The notes under the pieces: model-generated
The model's input: the letters and a program-made list of their open reading frames with translations, nothing else
The model's database searches: none
What the model was told of the DNA's origin: nothing
Position numbers and translations under genes: made by a program
NCBI GenBank assembly: GCA_023246355.1
Contig: JAHFIQ010000006.1
Location: 1 to 62,788, forward strand
Origin: Candidatus Uhrbacteria bacterium
GTDB taxonomy: Bacteria; Patescibacteriota; Patescibacteriia; UBA9934; GWF2-40-263
Length of the DNA: 62,788 nt
Reading direction: 5' to 3'
Shown here: positions 32,172 through 38,841 of the stretch, one piece after another
How positions within the stretch are numbered: the first letter of the stretch is position 1
Layout of the letters: every line of letters begins with the position of its first letter

Positions 32172-32392
32172 GTGAAGTGAGTGTTCTAAAAAAGTGTCTT
32201 TACACTTTTTTAGAACCGAACGAAGCGACGTGGATCTGGCACCCAGATCCCGGAGTGAGTGAGCGCAGTGACAAGCCCATGGCTTGATCACTGCCGAACG
32301 AACGACGGGAATCTGACCGAGTCGATCTACGACGAGGGCAGATCCCGGAGTGGATCCAAGTGGGTGTTATCTGATCACCCAGATCCCGGAGT
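32163..32392. repeat. Four GATCCCGGAGT direct repeats separated by three structured inserts at the tRNA-Gln 5' end
   Basis: Repeats at 32163, 32246, 32341 and 32382; the first two inserts carry GTGAG-stem-CGAACGAA. Confidence 0.75.
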
Positions 32393-32511
32393 TTTAATTC
32401 GGCAAAAGTATATCGAGATCAAGCCGGATTGACAAGAACGGCCGGATCTGCTATCTTATCGTCACTCAAAGCATCCCTTGCTGCGAGTTCCACACCAACC
32501 TCGGGAAAGCA

Positions 32512-32700
32512 ATGGCCAAGTGCGCGGATCCTCACTGTCGTTTCTCGTCGACCAAGCCCGGCGGCATGGCGAACCACTACCTGCAGAAGCCGCACCACCA
32601 GCCCGGTGCGAAGTTCAAGGACTTCAAGGGTGACAACGCCAACAAGAAGGCCCCCAAGAACGGCGGCAAGAACCAGGGCGGCGAGGCCACGGCCAAGTAG
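32512..32700 (+). CDS. 62-aa protein with a C2H2 zinc-finger-like motif and Lys/Gly/Asn-rich tail
   Basis: C4-x4-C9-x12-H22-x5-H28; TTGACA(32429)-17-TATCTT promoter; strong GC bias at third positions. Confidence 0.65.
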   Translation: MAKCADPHCRFSSTKPGGMANHYLQKPHHQPGAKFKDFKGDNANKKAPKNGGKNQGGEATAK

Positions 32701-32787
32701 TTCATCGATCCACGACGATCAGGGATGAGGCAGTCAGAACTCTCCCACCTCGCCCGCCTGCTGTCTGGGGAGTCAGCAAGGCGGGTA

Positions 32788-33702
32788 TTATTTTTGGACA
32801 GCGAATTCGATAATAGCTCCTGCGATATCTTGTCCTGTCACGCGTTCAAGTTCTTTGAATCCAGGATTGGCGTTTACTTCGAGCAGCAGTGGGCCTCTTG
32901 CTGAACGGATGATGTCCACACCAGCGATTTCAAGATCGAAAATTTTTGCCACGTGCACAGCGAGATCCTGTTCTTCTTGTGTCAGTACGGTCACAGAACC
33001 TGTCCCGCCGTTGGATGTATTGGCTCTCACGTCACCCGTTGGCGCTGTTCGTTCCATGGCTGCCAGGACGCGTCCCCCGAGGATAAAAATTCTCAGGTCC
33101 TTGTTTTGCGCTTCCTGGATGTATTCCTCAACGATCATCGGGTTGCCATCTCGGATCGCCAGGTACTCCGCGATCGGCTGGAGCGTCTGCGCATCAGGCG
33201 TAAAGAACACGCCCTTGCCATGCGTGCCAAAGGCGACTTTCAAGATCACAGGAAAGCCGATGTCCTGTGCGATCTTGAGAGCATCATCTGGACGGCGACA
33301 CACCCCCCATCGTGGACATGGAAGATTGTGCTCAGCAAAGATCATGTGCTGAGTGATTTTATTTTTGGCTGAGGCAAAGCTTGGAGATGCATTGATAATC
33401 TTGTAACCCGCTGCTGTGAGCATCTGAGACGCATAGGTTCTGAGAGTCGGTTCTTCAATAAAGTTTGGTCGAGAGATGATGACGTCCAGACGTGGAAGTG
33501 GTTCTCCACCATGTAAAATCTGTGGCTGCACTCCCACCCCCCTTGATCCCCCCTCGGGCAGGGGGGAAATTTCAAAAGACAAATACGGCTCGTAGATTTT
33601 TACGAGCTGATGTCCACGTTCACGTGCGGCTGCCTCAAATCGGTCAGCGCCCGTGAATTGTTCCATGGAAGGATCAGAGAAGATGAGGAGGCCTATGTGC
33701 AT
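32788..33702 (-). CDS. RimK-family ATP-grasp ligase
   Basis: 'FPVILKVAFGTHGKGV', 'DLRIFILGG', 'RANTSNGG', 'GVDII', 'EVNANPG'. Confidence 0.9.
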   Translation of the reverse strand: MHIGLLIFSDPSMEQFTGADRFEAAARERGHQLVKIYEPYLSFEISPLPEGGSRGVGVQPQILHGGEPLPRLDVIISRPNFIEEPTLRTYASQMLTAAGYKIINASPSFASAKNKITQHMIFAEHNLPCPRWGVCRRPDDALKIAQDIGFPVILKVAFGTHGKGVFFTPDAQTLQPIAEYLAIRDGNPMIVEEYIQEAQNKDLRIFILGGRVLAAMERTAPTGDVRANTSNGGTGSVTVLTQEEQDLAVHVAKIFDLEIAGVDIIRSARGPLLLEVNANPGFKELERVTGQDIAGAIIEFAVQK

Positions 33703-33703
33703 A

Positions 33704-34747
33704 TCATTTCGCCATGAACACACGCTCCGTTGCAACAGGATTCACGGCGTCGCGGTCACTAAGAGCATCATGCAAAAGTCCGTCTAACAAGATTTCGTCC
33801 AAGATTTGGTAAACCGTTTCCACTGCATCTGCCGTATGGAGTCGTTCTTTGAATGGCCGTGCACCCGGCACGCCTCGGAAATACCAAGACAGATGTTTGC
33901 GGAATGTTTTAATTCCTGGCGCTCCGTATTGCTCAAGATGAAAGGTGAGGTGCTGTTTCACAACCCGGATACGTTCCTCGAGGGTGATCTGTTGCGGTGC
34001 TTGACCACGCAGCACGTCGGTGATCTGTGAAAAGATCCATGGATTGCCCAGCGCGCCGCGAGCGATCAAGACGCCGTCTGTTTTTGTTTGGTCAAGTGCT
34101 GTGCGTGTAAGTGGGGCTGTGTGAATATCGCCGTTGGCAAGGACGGGGATCGAGAGCGTGCGTTTGAGCTCACCGATCAAATTCCAATCTGATTGTCCTG
34201 AGTATCCCTGGGCCTTTGTCCGTCCATGGATCGTGATCATGTCCGCGCCTGCTTCTTCGATGACTTTGGCAAACGAAAAACATTCTCGAGGATCATCCCA
34301 ACCTGTCCGGATTTTGATGGAAAGCGGAACCGTGATCGCGGCTTTCATTTTTTTGATGATCTGCGTGGCGAGTTCTGGTTCCCGCATGAGCGCCGCGCCA
34401 TTGAAGTTGTGGACGATTTTATATACGGGGCAGCCCATGTTCACATCAAAGCCTTCTGGGTGATGTTCTTTTTCGATGATGCGTGCAGCCTGCGCCATCG
34501 TGTCAGGATCTGAGCCAAAGAGTTGCTGCACGATCGGACGCTCGTCTTCGTGAATGTCGGTCATGGCGAGCGTTTTGTTGTTGTGACGTACGACAGCTTC
34601 GGCTGAGACCATTTCGCGGAAGACGATGGGAGAGTTGGAAGAGGTGGATACTGATCGAACTGTGCGGCAAAAAGAACTATCCGTCATGTCGGCCATGGGG
34701 GAGAGGGCAATGATGGGCCGCGGGATCGCCTTCCAATCGAGTTTCAT
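33704..34747 (-). CDS. dusB: tRNA-dihydrouridine synthase
   Basis: 'LSPMAD', 'QLFGSDP', 'DVNMGCP', 'IHGRT', 'ANGDI', 'ARGALGNPWIF'. Confidence 0.92.
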   Translation of the reverse strand: MKLDWKAIPRPIIALSPMADMTDSSFCRTVRSVSTSSNSPIVFREMVSAEAVVRHNNKTLAMTDIHEDERPIVQQLFGSDPDTMAQAARIIEKEHHPEGFDVNMGCPVYKIVHNFNGAALMREPELATQIIKKMKAAITVPLSIKIRTGWDDPRECFSFAKVIEEAGADMITIHGRTKAQGYSGQSDWNLIGELKRTLSIPVLANGDIHTAPLTRTALDQTKTDGVLIARGALGNPWIFSQITDVLRGQAPQQITLEERIRVVKQHLTFHLEQYGAPGIKTFRKHLSWYFRGVPGARPFKERLHTADAVETVYQILDEILLDGLLHDALSDRDAVNPVATERVFMAK

Positions 34748-34805
34748 AGGAGATCTGCAAGAGGATAGTCGCTTTTTTGTTTTTCATCAAGTATAATCGG
34801 CCTGT

Positions 34806-35192
34806 ATGAAAGACAATACTTCTGCTTACTATCTCTACGGCGCAGCGGCCCTGGTGGTCGTTGGGCTTATCGCTTTTGCTGCCACGCAGGAAGCAGCTCC
34901 ATCTCCCTACGATGGTTTTGCCCAGTGTCTCTCAGACAGTGGGGTGAAAATGTACGGCGCCTGGTGGTGTCCACATTGCCAGAATCAAAAAAAACTTTTT
35001 GGAAACTCGTTTGATTTTGTGACCTACATTGAGTGTTCCAATGCAGACAAGAGCATGAACCAAACCTGCAAGGATGCTGGCGTCGAAGGATATCCCACCT
35101 GGGAACTCGGGGACGGCACACGACTTGGCGGGGAACAAAGTTTAGAAACGCTCGCAACCAAGTCAGATTGTGAGTTGCCAGCAGCCGAGTGA
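34806..35192 (+). CDS. Membrane-anchored thioredoxin-like protein (VKOR partner)
   Basis: 'MYGAWWCPHC...QKKLFG...YIEC...GYPTW'. Confidence 0.85.
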   Translation: MKDNTSAYYLYGAAALVVVGLIAFAATQEAAPSPYDGFAQCLSDSGVKMYGAWWCPHCQNQKKLFGNSFDFVTYIECSNADKSMNQTCKDAGVEGYPTWELGDGTRLGGEQSLETLATKSDCELPAAE

Positions 35193-35195
35193 TGT

Positions 35196-35633
35196 ATGAG
35201 CACGAAACGGATCATCACGATCATATGCTGTCTCGCGATTCTCGGTTTGGGAGTTTCTGTGTATTCGCTTCTGCACAATCAAGGATTTGCCTCTGGGGAG
35301 TTTTGCACCATCGGTGAAAAGTTGAATTGTGATGTCGTGAATAAAGGTCCGTATTCGACGATCGGTGTGATCCCCGTTTCCTTGATTGGAGTGATCGGAT
35401 ATCTGTTTCTGGCTGCGGCTGCTGGAATGAAGCTCAAGAATCCCAAGGACAAAGGTCTCACGAGATTTCTCTCACTGGCATCTACTGGTGGCTTTCTCTT
35501 CGCTCTTTATCTGTCTGGGATCGAAGCGTTTATTTTGGAAACCTGGTGTCTGCTGTGTCTTACCTCGCAGGTTACGATTTTGCTGATCGCGATTTTTTCT
35601 CTTTTGCTCACTCGAAAAGAAAAACAGCTATGA
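35196..35633 (+). CDS. Vitamin K epoxide reductase (VKOR) family protein
   Basis: Loop cysteines 'C...NCDVV', TM helices, 'WCLLC'. Confidence 0.88.
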   Translation: MSTKRIITIICCLAILGLGVSVYSLLHNQGFASGEFCTIGEKLNCDVVNKGPYSTIGVIPVSLIGVIGYLFLAAAAGMKLKNPKDKGLTRFLSLASTGGFLFALYLSGIEAFILETWCLLCLTSQVTILLIAIFSLLLTRKEKQL

Positions 35634-36997
35634 AATTATCCTTCCACGGCGCGGCAAGAGAAGTCACTGGATCTTGTCATCAAGTTGAAGTCAAAGACGC
35701 CAACGGTAAAACGCATCAGTATCTGTTTGACTGCGGCATGTTTCAAGGCGAGCACATGTGCGGATCCAAAAACCAAGATGAGTTTGGGTTTGATCCAAAA
35801 ACCATTGAAGCGGTATTTGTCTCCCATCCACATGCCGATCATACGGGTCGTCTTGCTAAAATCGTCAGCCAAGGTTTTACCGGACCGATCTACATGGTTG
35901 AGCCATGCGTGGGTTTGTCCAAATTGGTTTTGGAAGACGCCCTGCACATCATGAAGGAGGAGGCGGAAAAGTGCGGAAGCGGGGTGTTGTATGAGATGGC
36001 AGATGTTGAACGAGCCTTTGAGCAAGTAAAAGCCGTGAGTTATCACGAGCATCTGGAAGTCGCGCCAGGGATCGTGGTGATGTTTCATGAGGCTGGGCAT
36101 GTGCTGGGTTCGTCCTATATCTCCGTCGATGCAGAGGGGAAACGGCTCGTCTACTCGGGTGATATTGGTAACGACAACGTGCCGATTTTGCCAGACACCG
36201 AACCGCTGTCTCATGCGGACGTTGTGATTTGTGAATCCACGTACGGTCACCGCGAACACGAGCCGATTGAGCAGCGTTCGCGTTTGCTGAAGGAGGCGAT
36301 CCAGCAAATTATTCACGACCGAGGCGTGCTCATGATCCCAGCGTTCTCGATCGAGCGAACACAGGAGTTGCTCTACGAGATTGATCAGCTGCTCCAAAAA
36401 GATTTGAAAACAAAGATGCCCATTTTTCTTGATAGCCCCATGGCGATTCGTGCAACCGAGTTGTATCGCCACTTTCAAAATTACTTGCAGTTTGATGCTT
36501 CGCTCGTTGCTCAGCCAGATAAAGATTTTTTTAGCTTTCCGAATTTACGCGAAACGCTGAGTCGCGAAGAATCTAAAAAGATTAACGATCAGACGCCGCC
36601 CATGATCATCATCGCCGGGTCTGGGATGATGTCCGGTGGACGCATCATGCATCATCTGCGCCGCTATCTTCCTGATCATAAAAATCGCGTGCTCATTATT
36701 GGCTACCAAGCCGCCGGGACCCTGGGACGAAAAATTTACGAAGGGGCCAAGCGGGTCAAAATTTTTGGCGATGAGATTCCTGTTCACGCGCAGGTCAGCG
36801 CCATCGGTGCGTTTTCAGCCCACGGCGACATGAATAAACTCACCCGATGGTTGAAGCCCGAGGATGGCAAGGTCCCAAGCAAAATTTTTCTGGTGCATGG
36901 CGATCCGGAAGCCAAAGAAGTTTTCGCCACGCACTTGCGCCACACACTGGGTACAGAGGTGGTGATTCCCGAGTACCAGAGTAGACATGAGGTTTAG
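35630..36997 (+). CDS. MBL-fold beta-CASP ribonuclease
   Basis: 'GAAREVTGSC', 'SHPHADHTG', 'AGHVLGS', 'ESTYG', 'FSAHGD', 'LVHGD'. Confidence 0.92.
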   Translation: MKLSFHGAAREVTGSCHQVEVKDANGKTHQYLFDCGMFQGEHMCGSKNQDEFGFDPKTIEAVFVSHPHADHTGRLAKIVSQGFTGPIYMVEPCVGLSKLVLEDALHIMKEEAEKCGSGVLYEMADVERAFEQVKAVSYHEHLEVAPGIVVMFHEAGHVLGSSYISVDAEGKRLVYSGDIGNDNVPILPDTEPLSHADVVICESTYGHREHEPIEQRSRLLKEAIQQIIHDRGVLMIPAFSIERTQELLYEIDQLLQKDLKTKMPIFLDSPMAIRATELYRHFQNYLQFDASLVAQPDKDFFSFPNLRETLSREESKKINDQTPPMIIIAGSGMMSGGRIMHHLRRYLPDHKNRVLIIGYQAAGTLGRKIYEGAKRVKIFGDEIPVHAQVSAIGAFSAHGDMNKLTRWLKPEDGKVPSKIFLVHGDPEAKEVFATHLRHTLGTEVVIPEYQSRHEV

Positions 36998-37002
36998 CCT
37001 TC

Positions 37003-37030
37003 GTCATCCCGAGCAACAGCGAGGGATCCC
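37003..37030 (+). repeat. REP-like element GTCATCCCGAGC...GAGGGATCCC
   Basis: Short imperfect palindrome just after the beta-CASP stop codon. Confidence 0.4.
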
Positions 37031-37042
37031 ATTATGCACTCC

Positions 37043-37071
37043 TTGACTGGAGCGAGAGTTTGAGGTAGAAC
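37043..37071 (+). promoter_or_regulatory. Sigma70-type promoter of hairpin array A
   Basis: TTGACT-17 bp-TAGAAC; paralleled at array B. Confidence 0.75.
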
Positions 37072-37075
37072 CTTC

Positions 37076-37554
37076 TGTCGTGCGAGGAAACTACTGTCTT
37101 CGGATGACTGGGTGTCTGCACGACAAACGGCTCGACGATATTGTGGTTGTCAAAAGACGAAGGTTGGAGTGTCGAGCTAAATCATCGGGCGATTATCGTG
37201 CTGTCGAAAGACGACGAGGTTCTTGCCCGAGCATGAGTGACGACAGCTTCTTTGTCGTAAGACGCGGTAGCGGATGTCACCGACCACGGTATGTCGGTCA
37301 GACCGACAGATTTGCCGGACGACCCCAGGATTGCAGTCTGTGCGAATGGAAGTCTGTCCAGCAATTGCTCGACGATACATGCTGTGTCGAAAGACGTTAG
37401 TAGCCGTGTCGAGCAAACCATCGGGCGCACTTGTATCTGTCTGAAAAGACGAGAAGGGTAATGCCCGAGCATGAGTGACGAGCCGTCGTTTGTCTTTCGA
37501 CGATAGGCGCCCTGTCGCTCTCCTGCCTGGAATCACCTCCAGGCTTTTCTATTT
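37076..37554 (+). ncRNA. Hairpin array A: 8 units with 10x10 variable internal loops plus one degenerate hairpin (candidate guide-RNA array)
   Basis: Units at 37076-37124, 37130-37177, 37185-37230, 37237-37280, 37317-37359, 37367-37414, 37421-37468 and 37473-37520; pattern stem-G-N10-T-GTC-loop-GAC-G-N10-T-stem. Confidence 0.85.
37525..37554 (+). terminator. Intrinsic terminator of array A
   Basis: GCCTGGA-ATCACC-TCCAGGC-TTTTCTATTT. Confidence 0.85.
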
Positions 37555-37564
37555 GGGGACAGGC

Positions 37565-37593
37565 TTGACATAAGGGGTTTTTACGATTAGTTT
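37565..37593 (+). promoter_or_regulatory. Sigma70-type promoter of the 179-aa ORF
   Basis: TTGACA-17 bp-TAGTTT. Confidence 0.7.
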
Positions 37594-37682
37594 GATCATG
37601 CTGTTGCGGGGATTCCCTCTGCAATCATGCCCCATCGCGGCCCAGCCCCGTCTGGAACAAGCCCGGTGGATCGGAGGTCAAC

Positions 37683-38222
37683 ATGTACGGTCATCTCATT
37701 CTACACGCAAAGCCCGAGGCGGTTGGCATCAAGGACGTAAGCGCTCTCGGTACGCGTGGCGAAAACCTGTCACGTCCGAGTCTCGATGAAGTCACGGCCA
37801 CGTTCACGGGTTCCAAGCTTGAAGGTTTCGTCGCAGCAAACAACCTCAGTCACCATGGCCACGTGATGGTGCAGGCGGACGGCTCCCTGAAGGTCAACGT
37901 GGACGTGGTGATCGAACCGTTCACCGAAACGTTTACGTGCGAAAGCACCTGGAAGGACACGGAGTTCCTTGACGTCATGCTGCTGTGCTGGGTGAGTGTG
38001 CAACGCGACCCCAGCCAGGAGGCGCTGCGCAACGGCATTTGGAAAAACAGTCGAGCTGACTGGACCGGCCAGGTGGCTGCTGTCATCGTGAACGATCCCA
38101 GCGAACGTGACAATCGTCGCCGGAAGATTACTTTGGTGGGCAAATCGATCAAGGCTGTTCGAGAGGTTCTCTTCAAGGTCCTGCAAGGGGAGATCACTCC
38201 CGACAAGCCCTGGGTCATCTGA
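37683..38222 (+). CDS. 179-aa protein of unknown function between the two hairpin arrays
   Basis: GGAGG RBS at 37673, own promoter and terminator, GC-biased codons; no family recognised. Confidence 0.8.
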   Translation: MYGHLILHAKPEAVGIKDVSALGTRGENLSRPSLDEVTATFTGSKLEGFVAANNLSHHGHVMVQADGSLKVNVDVVIEPFTETFTCESTWKDTEFLDVMLLCWVSVQRDPSQEALRNGIWKNSRADWTGQVAAVIVNDPSERDNRRRKITLVGKSIKAVREVLFKVLQGEITPDKPWVI

Positions 38223-38230
38223 CCCACGCC

Positions 38231-38264
38231 GGCGCGCTCCACTCGAGTGCGCCTTTTATTTTTT
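38231..38264 (+). terminator. Intrinsic terminator of the 179-aa ORF
   Basis: GC-rich stem GGCGCGCTC...GAGTGCGCC followed by TTTTATTTTTT. Confidence 0.8.
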
Positions 38265-38276
38265 CCAGGAGATCCC

Positions 38277-38305
38277 TTGACGAATTGGTCCTTATGAGGT
38301 AGAAC
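38277..38305 (+). promoter_or_regulatory. Sigma70-type promoter of hairpin array B
   Basis: TTGACG-17 bp-TAGAAC; shares TGAGGTAGAACC with the array A promoter. Confidence 0.75.
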
Positions 38306-38308
38306 CCT

Positions 38309-38812
38309 CTGTCGTGCGAGTCTACAACTGTTTGTTGACGAGTAAAGCGGTGCACGACAGACAGCTCGACGATGTTGTGGTCGTCAAAAGACGAAGATTG
38401 GAGTGTCGAGCAAACCATCGGGCGTGCGTGCCACTGTCTGAAATGACGAAGCGCCTCGTGCCCGATCCTTGAGTAAAGAACAGGACGCTGTCTTCGGACG
38501 ATGTTCAAGCTGTTATCCTCTGTCGTGCGATCCAAGCTTGACCTCGGTCGATTGTGGAGATGCACGACAAAATGCTGAGCGATGCCCGGACTCTCTACGG
38601 ATGAGGCGACACATGCTCAGCCCCCTGCTCGACGAAAGTGCAGCTGTACACAACGTGATGTTGGATGTCGAGCTACACATCGGGCGGCCATCCACTTGTC
38701 TGAAAAGACGATCGTAGGGATGCCCGATCCTTGAGTGACGAGACCGTCGTGGGCTACGGCCGCTTGATGAACTGTCACTCCTGCCTGGACGTACCTCCAG
38801 GCTTTTCTATTT
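38309..38812 (+). ncRNA. Hairpin array B: 9 units with 10x10 variable internal loops (candidate guide-RNA array)
   Basis: Units at 38309-38360, 38364-38411, 38417-38466, about 38471-38520, 38521-38569, 38574-38621, 38627-38673, 38679-38728 and 38733-38780. Confidence 0.85.
38783..38812 (+). terminator. Intrinsic terminator of array B
   Basis: GCCTGGA-CGTACC-TCCAGGC-TTTTCTATTT; stem and tail identical to the array A terminator. Confidence 0.85.
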
Positions 38813-38841
38813 GACCTCTTTCCGCTAGGATACTCACGATT

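Noticed and set aside
32163..32392. Mini-CRISPR at tRNA-Gln
   Set aside because: The repeat is only 11 bp, equals the tRNA 5' end, and the intervening segments are of unequal length and palindromic.
37080..37624. ORFs 37080-37400, 37177-37536, 37182-37472, 37397-37624 and those across 38215-38892
   Set aside because: They overlap the structured arrays, lack an RBS and have non-protein-like composition; the promoter and terminator placement fits non-coding transcripts.
37076..38780. CRISPR array interpretation of the hairpin arrays
   Set aside because: No identical 23-47-bp direct repeat with ~30-bp spacers; the variable parts are paired 10-mers inside hairpins; no cas genes in the window.
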